A DNA stretch of 63,825 bases, the filler included. It is 7 parts of 7 records of this genome, joined end to end, with 100 filler letters (N's around TTAATTAATTAA, not from the genome) between each part and the next. Parts side by side here need not be neighbours in the genome. Positions count along the whole stretch, not along the records: positions 30,292 to 43,745 come from DRR723986_10908; 6 more parts are not named here. One strand, written 5' to 3'. Both the position numbers and the translations under genes were made by a program. How positions within the stretch are numbered: the stretch's first letter is position 1; each line of letters begins with the position of its first letter. Positions 30,755-39,247 of this stretch are shown here, one piece after another. Under the pieces are notes generated by a model. That model saw only the letters and a program-made list of their open reading frames with translations, made no database searches and was not told the origin of the DNA.

Positions 30755-32874
30755 CCCTTTTCAAAGCAATTGCAATCGGGATTCTCGCTGGCATTTTGGG
30801 GTCGTCGCCTGTCTGGGCCCAACCCATGGCGACCCGGGATCACGATGACACCAAGGTCTTGAACGGGGTTATCCCGCTGGATTTCAGAAAGCACCAAATG
30901 GTCCTGCAAGAGCTTGGGATACAGCCGAGCGACGCCTACTATTCCTGTATCTGCGCCGCCGCAGGCTATGGATCCTCTTCTACCTCACAATTTTACCACC
31001 CTGAGACAATCGGGACATATGACGCCCGCTATTCCTGCCAACAGCCGGGCGATCCCTGCGTCGTCTCAGGGTTTGGCTGTTCCCGACACCCCCTGCCGAC
31101 AGATCCCAAAATCTGGGAAAGCTGTTCCGCCCAAGGCGACGCCCATGTCGTCGACCAGTTGCTGAATCAAGTGCGGGGCAAATGGGCAACCCGTCAAGAC
31201 GATCTGAAACGCCGGTTGGCGCAGTGCCGTAGGCAAAACGAATTGAACCGAAACAGAAACTACATGCTGAGGCACCACGACGGATATGAATACCTGCGCC
31301 GCAACGGCAAAACGGTGCTGCCCCCGCCAGAGCGTATCGAAAACAAGCTGAACGAACTGGCAAAAATCGCAGGGGAAGAGGCCCGCGCGACCTTGTCCAA
31401 AGCTGAACAACAAACCAAAGCCAAAATCGAAGACGGGTTGATCGACAACATCGGGGTCAAGCTGTTCCAAAGCGCCAAAGGCAAAGAGATCAACGTTCAG
31501 GCGGCCCGACTGGCTTTGACCGCCAATGCCTCTCTTGTTGCGGAAAATACGCTCAAGATCCACCGCCAGACAGCCGAGCTCAATCGGCTAACACGCCAGA
31601 CCAGTGGGATCGCAACACGCAAGGAAAAGATGGAAATTTCCGACCTGAAGTCCAGCATCAAAGGAATAGAACGAGATCAACAAAACTTGGCCAACGAACA
31701 ACGAAGCATCAACGCCTTTATGCTTGGGCTCGATGGAGCCCAAGATCTGCTGGAGCTAGAAAAAAACTATCTGCGCGCCATCAGTGGCGACCGCAAGGAA
31801 CAGGTCACCGCCCTGATCAGCACCACCAGCACAATCAAGAAATATGTCGATATGGCCCAGAAAAACCGGGTGGACTTGAAAGCAGGACTTAGTGCGCTGG
31901 CCAAGACAGGGATCAGCGAAGCAGAATTTGCCCGGTTCAAGACTCTGTCGCTTCAATCAGATTTTCTTGCTGCCGCGTCTGGCATGTTGAATGGCATCAC
32001 CAGTGTCGGAACGACTGGGGTAAAGGCCTATGATCTATACAAGAAATATGAAAAAATCAGCGCCCGCGCTCATGAAATGGAACGGTCAGGTCAATACAGC
32101 AAAGCCCAAGAAAGAATGCTTGCGGCCGCCGAAGTGGCCGCCGAACTGGCCCAAATTGCGTCTGGTCATATGCCCGAAGGGTTCAGCCAGCTGACACAGG
32201 TCTATGCCGAGGCCCTGCGCATTCCTGGTGCGATGGACAAACGCATTCGCGAATACAACGACGAGGCCGACATTATGGCCGACATCAAGGGGTCGCAGGC
32301 GCAATCCAAGGCAATGCTTGCGTTGGGGAACCTGTCAGTTGATCGCAACACCTATCTGTTTCGTACCGCCAAATTGCCGGTCTACCGGGTCGACAAAGGG
32401 GCCAAGGGACAAGAGTACGTTCTGATCGACAGCAACAGCGATAAGCCCCTGTTCCTGTCCCAAGACCAGTACAAAGCCCTACAGGATATCGCCTATTATC
32501 ACCCGTTGGCGCACAAGGATCTGCTGTCGACAAAAACGGTCACAGCTCTGCTAAAGGCGGCTGGCCCCAACGGGGCGCTGGATGTCCAAATGTACAAAGA
32601 CCAAGCTGAAAAGGAACTAAAAACTCTGGCTCGGCGAAAACTGGTCGCTGACCGAATGGGACAGAAATCAGCAACATACAAAGACACATCCCAATGGTCT
32701 GCCTTTCAACAACTGCTCGGAAGGTCCCTGCCCCCATTGTGCGATCTCAGTCCTAAAACGGAATCAGTATTGTTTGACCGCTTTCGCGCCGATGACGCAT
32801 CAAGAGAGCAAGTTAGCGCTCACATAGTCGATTTTGGGGCTGAACTCCGATCAATAGATCCGTCTAATGAGTAA
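30751..32874 (+). CDS. Large secreted hypothetical protein (707 aa): Cys-rich N-domain plus long helical/coiled-coil region
   Basis: Signal peptide ending VWA-Q; SCICA...SCQQPGDPCVVSGFGC...WESC; no family recognised. Confidence 0.75.
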   Translation: MTLFKAIAIGILAGILGSSPVWAQPMATRDHDDTKVLNGVIPLDFRKHQMVLQELGIQPSDAYYSCICAAAGYGSSSTSQFYHPETIGTYDARYSCQQPGDPCVVSGFGCSRHPLPTDPKIWESCSAQGDAHVVDQLLNQVRGKWATRQDDLKRRLAQCRRQNELNRNRNYMLRHHDGYEYLRRNGKTVLPPPERIENKLNELAKIAGEEARATLSKAEQQTKAKIEDGLIDNIGVKLFQSAKGKEINVQAARLALTANASLVAENTLKIHRQTAELNRLTRQTSGIATRKEKMEISDLKSSIKGIERDQQNLANEQRSINAFMLGLDGAQDLLELEKNYLRAISGDRKEQVTALISTTSTIKKYVDMAQKNRVDLKAGLSALAKTGISEAEFARFKTLSLQSDFLAAASGMLNGITSVGTTGVKAYDLYKKYEKISARAHEMERSGQYSKAQERMLAAAEVAAELAQIASGHMPEGFSQLTQVYAEALRIPGAMDKRIREYNDEADIMADIKGSQAQSKAMLALGNLSVDRNTYLFRTAKLPVYRVDKGAKGQEYVLIDSNSDKPLFLSQDQYKALQDIAYYHPLAHKDLLSTKTVTALLKAAGPNGALDVQMYKDQAEKELKTLARRKLVADRMGQKSATYKDTSQWSAFQQLLGRSLPPLCDLSPKTESVLFDRFRADDASREQVSAHIVDFGAELRSIDPSNE

Positions 32875-32881
32875 GTACAAA

Positions 32882-32915
32882 AATGCCCTGATGTGGACCA
32901 TCACATCAGGGCATT
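32882..32915. terminator. Probable bidirectional terminator between convergent genes
   Basis: Perfect 14-bp stem AATGCCCTGATGTG-GACCAT-CACATCAGGGCATT. Confidence 0.8.
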
Positions 32916-32940
32916 CTCTGTTTCGCTTTTTGGGAGAGCC

Positions 32941-33504
32941 TTACGCGTTGCGCGCGGCCAGTTCCTTCATAAAGCGATCCCGAATAACGACTGGATCCAT
33001 CGTGATAACCGGAACCTTGATGTTGCCGCTTTCGCATTTGCAAACGATCACCGTCATCTTGTCGCTGTCCAGCGCCTCTTGCATCACGCGCGGGGCGTCT
33101 TCGGCTTGGCATTCAACGACATTCTCGCAACCACAGGCGCGTGCGACCTCGGTCAGGGATGTCTTTTGCCCGGCATAGGTCGGTTGGTCCCCCGTCGAGC
33201 CATAGCTGCCGTTGTCGACGATAAACAGGATGTAGTTATCGGCCACATTGTTCGCAATCGTGGGCAGTGTGCCAAAATTAGTCAGCACCGATCCATCCCC
33301 ATCGATCGAGATGACCTTTTGGCCCTGTGCCAAGGCGACCCCCAACCCGATCGAGGACGACAGTCCCATCGTGCCAAGCATGTAGAAATTGGTCGGCTGG
33401 TCATCCATCATATGCAATTCCTGACTTGGCAGGCCAATGTTGCAGACAACGAATTGGTCAGAGATGACCGGTAGCAAGCTTTTGAGAACCTCAGAGCGGA
33501 TCAT
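32941..33504 (-). CDS. comE: Sulfopyruvate decarboxylase beta subunit (TPP-binding)
   Basis: VVCNIGLPSQEL, NFYMLGTMG, IDGDGS...DNGSYGSTGDQ. Confidence 0.88.
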   Translation of the reverse strand: MIRSEVLKSLLPVISDQFVVCNIGLPSQELHMMDDQPTNFYMLGTMGLSSSIGLGVALAQGQKVISIDGDGSVLTNFGTLPTIANNVADNYILFIVDNGSYGSTGDQPTYAGQKTSLTEVARACGCENVVECQAEDAPRVMQEALDSDKMTVIVCKCESGNIKVPVITMDPVVIRDRFMKELAARNA

Positions 33505-33506
33505 GA

Positions 33507-34004
33507 TCAGTACCCTCCCCAGAATGACGCATCCGTCAGGATTGCGACGGGCTTGTTGCACATAAAGGTGTATTTCAGGATCGCATCCAGTTCCTCAACA
33601 TCTTCTTCCTTGTGAAAGTGATACGTCGGGATGTTCAGCTGGTTCAGCAACGCCTTGGTGTGCACCGCCATTTCAGCCTGACAGGCGACCGGTTCACGAA
33701 GTTCCCCGCGATAGCTGATCAGCATCGGCAACGGCATCCGGTAGTATTGCGTCAATGTCACCAGCGTGTTGATGGTCACCCCAATGGCGGTGTTCTGCAT
33801 GATGATCGCGGAGCGTTTCCCCCCCATGAACGCGCCCGCACAAAGGCCGATGCCTTCGTCCTCTTTGTTGGACGGGATGTGGTAAATGCTGTCGTTGGCA
33901 TCGACTTGATCGATGACCCCCGCAAGCTGTTTGCAAGGCACTGTCGTAACAAACTCGATCTGGTTGTTCACAAAGTCCGAAACAATTTTATCGTTCACTG
34001 ACAT
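33507..34004 (-). CDS. comD: Sulfopyruvate decarboxylase alpha subunit
   Basis: TVPCKQL, KEDEGIGLCAGA, MQNTAIG, SYRGEL. Confidence 0.88.
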   Translation of the reverse strand: MSVNDKIVSDFVNNQIEFVTTVPCKQLAGVIDQVDANDSIYHIPSNKEDEGIGLCAGAFMGGKRSAIIMQNTAIGVTINTLVTLTQYYRMPLPMLISYRGELREPVACQAEMAVHTKALLNQLNIPTYHFHKEEDVEELDAILKYTFMCNKPVAILTDASFWGGY

Positions 34005-34110
34005 GGGCTGTTTCCATTATGAGATTGGGCACAACCTAGGTAAAGCGGTGCGCAAGGCAAGTCATAATGAATTTACGATATGTAAAGGCAAGCTTTACAT
34101 CGAAATACCT

Positions 34111-34419
34111 TCAAGGTTCGATGATTTCCAAAGCGAAAGAGCTCTGCTCCGCTCTCGCCCACAAAGATAAACGCTGATAGCCGCGCCTTGCTTTGGCTTT
34201 ACAGACGGTCGTCTCGGCTTGTTTTGCTTCGTGTTGGGTTTCGAATGACACCGTGCGCGACTGCCCTTCTCGTGCACCAACTCGCCCCCACCGACGGAGA
34301 AAGATCCACGCCCCCAACATATCGCGATACACATCGGTGGCATAGAAACGGTGCATATTCTGGTCTGGCTCGTGTCGTTCCAAATACATACTGCTCTCCC
34401 GCATTTTGATCTGTGCCAA
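34111..34419 (-). CDS. Stand-alone WGR domain protein
   Basis: NMHRFY, WGRVG, KARRGY. Confidence 0.88.
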   Translation of the reverse strand: MAQIKMRESSMYLERHEPDQNMHRFYATDVYRDMLGAWIFLRRWGRVGAREGQSRTVSFETQHEAKQAETTVCKAKARRGYQRLSLWARAEQSSFALEIIEP

Positions 34420-34516
34420 TACTACGTGCCCCCTACCCTACAGCCCTTTCAATGAAAAATCCAATGCCAACGCGTCAGGGTCTACAAGGCCTCAGAAACC
34501 GCAGAAACACATTGCT

Positions 34517-34530
34517 GTCCCCGCGGGGAC
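34517..34530. repeat. Palindrome GTCCCCGCGGGGAC, copy 1 (candidate parS)
   Basis: Intergenic, downstream of parB. Confidence 0.75.
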
Positions 34531-34650
34531 CCTGTCGCAAGGGGTGGCCAGGACTTAACGTTTTAAAAGCATAGCGCATCATAACTATTTGATATTAAAC
34601 AAAAATGGCGTGCAATGCACGCCACTTCTCGCCCAGACGAAAACAGCCGC

Positions 34651-35739
34651 CTACCCTTCCCCGTCAAGCTCGTCAAAAAATGCCTGAACCGAAGCTTCTA
34701 ACCGCTTGCGCTCCAACCCGCTGAAATCGCGATCAAGCTGCAACTCAATCCGCCCATCAGCTGCAATGCATTTCACCACCCCTTCGGGCCGGGTCATCTT
34801 GAACGTGGACTTGGCCGTCTTTCGCACTTCGGTCTTGATTTTCGTGGTCCCACCCGACGCGACAAAGCTTTGTAAGATGGCCTGTTCCGCCACATCATCC
34901 CGGTCGGGTCGCGCGCGCAACTCGGACAACAACACCTCGATACGATCTGGCTGATCCTCGACCAGCTTAACCAAACGCAGACCCAATGCCCGTGGCATCG
35001 CCGCGACGAACAACAGATCATCGCCAATGGCATTCACCAACCGAACAAAGGATTTGATATAGCTGCGCTTCTGACGCCCGGATGAGGCATAGAGGATTTC
35101 AACCGCCCGGTCATAGCTTTCGATATTCGGGTCTTGGCAGCGATATGAAATGGCCAGCCGCGCCAATTCCCCAAACGAAACATCCCGACGGACAAGGTTT
35201 TCATCCACCATTCGGCGATACAAGTTCTGCAGATCTTCGCCGCTGGCGTTGATCCCTGCGGGGATCTTGGCAAACGCTTCGTCGCCCGTTTCCTCGAACA
35301 GCTCCCGATATGCTGAAAGCCGGCGAAAGCCCTGGATCAGCTCATAGCGGTCGCCGTTCTTTTCCACCCGGATAGGGTTGGACAGGCCGATATCCCGGAT
35401 CGAGATTTTAAGGTCATCCATATCCTCGTCCCGGCCCGGCGCGCGGTCACGGGTCAGTTTGGATGTTTCGACCAGCTCCAGCGGGATCAGGTCGGTGATT
35501 AGCCCGGCGCGCTTGAGGCGAACATGTTCATGGGCCAGCGCGTCATTCTCGGCCCGAATGGCGGCTTCAGCGCTCTGTCGGGCGGTCACAGCATCCGCAT
35601 TTTCGGTGATCGCAGTTGCCATCGGGCCACGACGTCCTTCGGATGCGGGGCTGGGCGCGGCCACAGCTTCAACCTGTGGCGTCTCAACAGCAGGGACATC
35701 GTCAAAGTTGATGTCAAACACGCGGCGTTTCTTACTCAT
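34651..35739 (-). CDS. parB: Plasmid partition protein ParB/RepB-like
   Basis: GLSNPIRV, LIQGFRRL, DENLVRRD ParB N-domain motifs; coupled to parA. Confidence 0.9.
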   Translation of the reverse strand: MSKKRRVFDINFDDVPAVETPQVEAVAAPSPASEGRRGPMATAITENADAVTARQSAEAAIRAENDALAHEHVRLKRAGLITDLIPLELVETSKLTRDRAPGRDEDMDDLKISIRDIGLSNPIRVEKNGDRYELIQGFRRLSAYRELFEETGDEAFAKIPAGINASGEDLQNLYRRMVDENLVRRDVSFGELARLAISYRCQDPNIESYDRAVEILYASSGRQKRSYIKSFVRLVNAIGDDLLFVAAMPRALGLRLVKLVEDQPDRIEVLLSELRARPDRDDVAEQAILQSFVASGGTTKIKTEVRKTAKSTFKMTRPEGVVKCIAADGRIELQLDRDFSGLERKRLEASVQAFFDELDGEG

Positions 35740-37043
35740 GCTCCTGTCTCCTCAATCTCATCCCAGGCTTTGACCAGGTTATCGCGGAATTCAACGTACG
35801 CCTGATCAAACGATCCTCGGGCACGGCGCCATGTTTCACGGGTCATATCCCGGTAATCAATTTCGTAGATCGAGCTTAGGAAGCGCCCTGATTGTTCTAC
35901 GGCCCGGGTCATTTCAATGGGGTGTTCCGCCAATCTGTCCCCAAAAACCTTTCCAAACGCTGACTGCATCGCACGGTGCAATTCGTTGTTTGGTTCGAAC
36001 CGGGTCAGCAAGAACCGCACATCCGTAAATGCCTTGGGCAGCTTGAGTGTCCCCGCGGGGACAGAGCTGCCAAAACGCCCCAGATCCTCTAACGCTTCGG
36101 ACAACTGCCCGATAAAGGATGTGGTGCTGTCATACTCCCAATATCCGGGCCCCGATGGGATATAGAGCACATCCGCAGCAAACACGGCGTTCATCGACTG
36201 ATACCCAATCGCTGGCGGGCAATCGAACAGAATGAGGTCATAGCTGTCGTCTGGCAAGGAATCCAGATACCGCGACACCGCCGCAAAGAACGACCATTCC
36301 GGGTTCAGGTGACGGTATTGCGCGCTGGCGAATTCCACAAAGGCCGCGTTTGCGCAGCTCGGTACAATATCAATCGTGGGCCAGCTGGTCGGTTTGATGA
36401 AATCTGTCACACGCAGGTCCGACAACCCCATATCAGTAACCGAAGCGGGCAGACGTCGTTGGGGCAAGGCTGCGCCACTTTCAGCCCCTTGCACGGCAGC
36501 GTTCATCCGTTCTGTTTCGCGGATCAAATCGCGCGCCATCACGCCCCAGACTGTGAACTCTTCAGACACATCACTTAAACCCATCGAATGGCTCAACGTG
36601 GCCTGCGGGTCGAAATCAACACAGAGAACGCGGTATCCATCCAATGCGGCGGCATGGGCGAAATGAAGCGCCACTGTGGATTTGCCCGCACCACCTTTGA
36701 AATTTGCAATCGCGGCGCGAATGGCGCGCTTACCCGCTGGCCGAGGAGGCATCAGCGATTTGCGATTGACCTTAAGACGGCGGCGTATCTCGTTAATCTC
36801 TTCGAGTGAATACCACCGCTGGCGACCGTCCTCTTCCACCAGCCCCTGCGGCAAAGATGGGTCAGCCGCCAACCGACCGCGCATGGTGGATTGATTAACC
36901 CGAAAGATAAGCTCGGCAACTTCCCAACTGGAAAACCGGCGCAGCGTCTTTTCCATCTCGGGGGAATATGTCTGCTGCCGGATAAAGCTCTGCATCTTAA
37001 GTGACTGTGCCTGAAGCTGTGCCAAGTCCTGATGAGTGAACAT
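35736..37043 (-). CDS. parA: Plasmid partition ATPase ParA (type Ia, N-terminal HTH)
   Basis: ANFKGGAGKST, DFDPQATL, FDCPP. Confidence 0.92.
   Translation of the reverse strand: MFTHQDLAQLQAQSLKMQSFIRQQTYSPEMEKTLRRFSSWEVAELIFRVNQSTMRGRLAADPSLPQGLVEEDGRQRWYSLEEINEIRRRLKVNRKSLMPPRPAGKRAIRAAIANFKGGAGKSTVALHFAHAAALDGYRVLCVDFDPQATLSHSMGLSDVSEEFTVWGVMARDLIRETERMNAAVQGAESGAALPQRRLPASVTDMGLSDLRVTDFIKPTSWPTIDIVPSCANAAFVEFASAQYRHLNPEWSFFAAVSRYLDSLPDDSYDLILFDCPPAIGYQSMNAVFAADVLYIPSGPGYWEYDSTTSFIGQLSEALEDLGRFGSSVPAGTLKLPKAFTDVRFLLTRFEPNNELHRAMQSAFGKVFGDRLAEHPIEMTRAVEQSGRFLSSIYEIDYRDMTRETWRRARGSFDQAYVEFRDNLVKAWDEIEETGA
36048..36063. repeat. Palindrome TGTCCCCGCGGGGACA inside parA
   Basis: Perfect 16-bp palindrome. 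Confidence 0.75.
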
Positions 37044-37052
37044 TCTGCCTCC

Positions 37053-37068
37053 TGTCCCCGCGGGGACA
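37053..37068. repeat. Palindrome TGTCCCCGCGGGGACA immediately upstream of the parA start
   Basis: Perfect 16-bp palindrome 10 bp from the ATG, at the RBS. Confidence 0.8.
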
Positions 37069-37069
37069 C

Positions 37070-37549
37070 TTCGTTGTTTCTTACTGACCCGCCCTTACAC
37101 TGGACGCTAATCTACCTCTTAACCTCATTTACGCTGATTTGCAGAGAAAGGCAAAACGTAATATCCAGAAAACACCGGATCTCATGGTTTTACACTTTCT
37201 TACGATTTCCTAGCATTTATTCATTGTTCTGCTGGCAATCGTCCAGATGTGCCCTGAGCACCGAATTAGGGGTCACCTTTTGGGCAAACGCTAGATATTG
37301 GGTGACAAAACTGCTCAAATAAGGGACACACATGACTGTCCCCCTATACCTATAATACCTGATTTTCTTTTTTTGAATTGGGATTAGGTCAAAGCGGAAA
37401 CCAACAAGCGTCTTGACAGAATCGCGCAAAAGGACGCAAATCAGTGCAGTGACCCTAAGAGCGCTGAGTTCATAAGTTGGTCACACAAAAATGGGACGTT
37501 AGATCCCTTGAGTTCGAGGCAGCCACTGCGTGGTACAGAGGAGCAGACT
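37070..37549. promoter_or_regulatory. AT-rich parA/rep intergenic region, probable plasmid oriV plus divergent promoters
   Basis: AT-rich; repeated GGGTCAC/GTGACCC/GGGAC motifs; lies between divergent parA and the DnaA-like gene. Confidence 0.55.
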
Positions 37550-38239
37550 ATGCTCAAAACAAAATATGCAGGCCAAGGGTCCGCAGCACAGAAGTATGAT
37601 CTTATCACTGCATTGGGATCACACGCGCTTTCTCTGAACAAGACAGAGCAGCGTCGCGTGCTGCGTTTGATTACCCTTGTCACCGCACGGTACAATTGGG
37701 GCCGCAACGAATTGGCTGTTGGCCAGCGAGAGATCGCGCGTTTGTGGTCGTGCGATGAACGCACCGTGAAACGGGAAATGGCGCGGTTCCGGGCCATGGG
37801 CTGGTTAACGGTGAAACGTCAGGGTGCTCGGGGGCGTGTCACGGAATATCAGATGGAACTTGCCGATGTGATGAACGACACCCGCGCAACATGGGAAGCG
37901 GTCGGTCCGGACTTTGCGTTGCGGGTCGAAGGTGCTCCGGAACAGACATCCGTGGTTCCGTTCCCCGCGGGGACACAATCGGTTCAGTCCCCGCCGCCGG
38001 ATATTTCTGACGGCACGGAATGGTCATTGGCTCAGGCGGTCTTGCATCAAGAAGATCAGGCCCGGTTTGGAGCGTGGCTACAGGCGTTAACCCGCGGCGA
38101 GAGGGCAGGGGGGCGTTTGACCTTACGCGCACCCTCGCGGTTTCACGCGCGGTATGTCCAAAACAATATGGCCCGCGAAGTGTTGCTGGCGTGCCAGGCG
38201 GTGGACTCCAGCGTTTCAGAGGTCCTGATTACGGACTGA
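37550..38239 (+). CDS. DnaA-like plasmid replication initiator of Rhodobacterales (HTH plus DnaA N-terminal-like domain)
   Basis: ARYNW, GQREIARLWSCDERTVKREMA HTH, LTLRAPSRFHARYV; divergent from parAB. Confidence 0.85.
   Translation: MLKTKYAGQGSAAQKYDLITALGSHALSLNKTEQRRVLRLITLVTARYNWGRNELAVGQREIARLWSCDERTVKREMARFRAMGWLTVKRQGARGRVTEYQMELADVMNDTRATWEAVGPDFALRVEGAPEQTSVVPFPAGTQSVQSPPPDISDGTEWSLAQAVLHQEDQARFGAWLQALTRGERAGGRLTLRAPSRFHARYVQNNMAREVLLACQAVDSSVSEVLITD
37961..37975. repeat. Palindrome variant TTCCCCGCGGGGACA inside the rep gene
   Basis: 12-bp core TCCCCGCGGGGA intact. Confidence 0.7.
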
Positions 38240-39182
38240 TCAAAGGTTGCGACGACAGTACCGGCGGTGGGATATCTGATTGGGTACGGGCTTCTTCTTG
38301 GATCCAGTCTACGAATTCAGTAATCTTGCGATTGCTTTCAGCCCCTCTGCGATGGACTAACCAATAGGCAAGGTGAGATTTGGCAACGTGGCTGAACGGG
38401 CGAACAAGCCGCCCTTCGATCAAGGCATCGGCGACAAGGGGTTCCCGCCCCATTGCGACACCCATTCCTTCGATAGCCGCCTGCAATACCATATTGGATT
38501 GGCCAAACCGACGGGTCCGCGCGGGATCAGGTAAATGCAGCTGGCACGATCGCGCCCAGAAATCCCAGTCAGGACTCGCTGGACCAAACTGCGCATTGTC
38601 ATCTTGCAATAAGGTATGATGGGCTAGATCGGCGGGACAGGTTAATGGCGCAGCCCCCTGTAACAAATCCGGAGAACACACTGGAAAAATGCGTTCTTCC
38701 ATCAGTTTTTCAACATGAAATCCCGGGTTGTCGCCAAAGCCATATCGGATACCCAGATCTGCTTGCGCGGATCCGAATTTTTCCTGTCCGGTATCCGTTG
38801 CGATGGAAATGGATAAATGCGGGTGCGCCAGATCGAACCGCATCAATCGTGGAAAAAGCCAGATAAAGGCAAACCCCGGCAGACAACTGATAACAATGGT
38901 GTTCTCAGCGCGTTGACGGGACCTGAGGTCTGCACAGACGTCTGAAATGCGACCCAGCCCATCGGCAATGGCTTGGGCCAGCATCACCCCCTCTCGCGTG
39001 GGTGTGGACTTACGCGCCCCGCGGGTTAGCAGGTCTTGGCCGACCCATTCCTCAAGCGATTTGACATGCTGGCTGACGGCGCTCTGGCTTACGCCAAGCT
39101 CTTCTGCGGCAGCGCTAAAGCTGGCGCGGCGCACGACGACTTCAAACGCGCGCAGTGCGGTGTAGGGAAGGTTGATGATCAT
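38229..39182 (-). CDS. LysR family regulator (GcvA-like)
   Basis: ALRAFEVVVRRASFSAAAEELGVSQSAVSQHVKSLE; WLFPRL; substrate-binding domain. Confidence 0.92.
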   Translation of the reverse strand: MIINLPYTALRAFEVVVRRASFSAAAEELGVSQSAVSQHVKSLEEWVGQDLLTRGARKSTPTREGVMLAQAIADGLGRISDVCADLRSRQRAENTIVISCLPGFAFIWLFPRLMRFDLAHPHLSISIATDTGQEKFGSAQADLGIRYGFGDNPGFHVEKLMEERIFPVCSPDLLQGAAPLTCPADLAHHTLLQDDNAQFGPASPDWDFWARSCQLHLPDPARTRRFGQSNMVLQAAIEGMGVAMGREPLVADALIEGRLVRPFSHVAKSHLAYWLVHRRGAESNRKITEFVDWIQEEARTQSDIPPPVLSSQPLISP

Positions 39183-39247
39183 ATAAGTTAAGCTAATGGA
39201 ACACATTAAACGTTTCAAATGGATAAATTCCCCCAGCTGAGAGAGGT

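Noticed and set aside
34574..34600. dif-like sequence GCGCATCATAACTATTTGATATTAAAC downstream of parB
   Set aside because: The spacer between the putative XerC and XerD arms is 5 bp rather than 6, with several mismatches; insufficient support.
37550..38239. Calling the DnaA-like gene a chromosomal dnaA
   Set aside because: Only 229 aa, no AAA+ Walker motifs, and paired with plasmid-type parAB; it is a plasmid replicase type.
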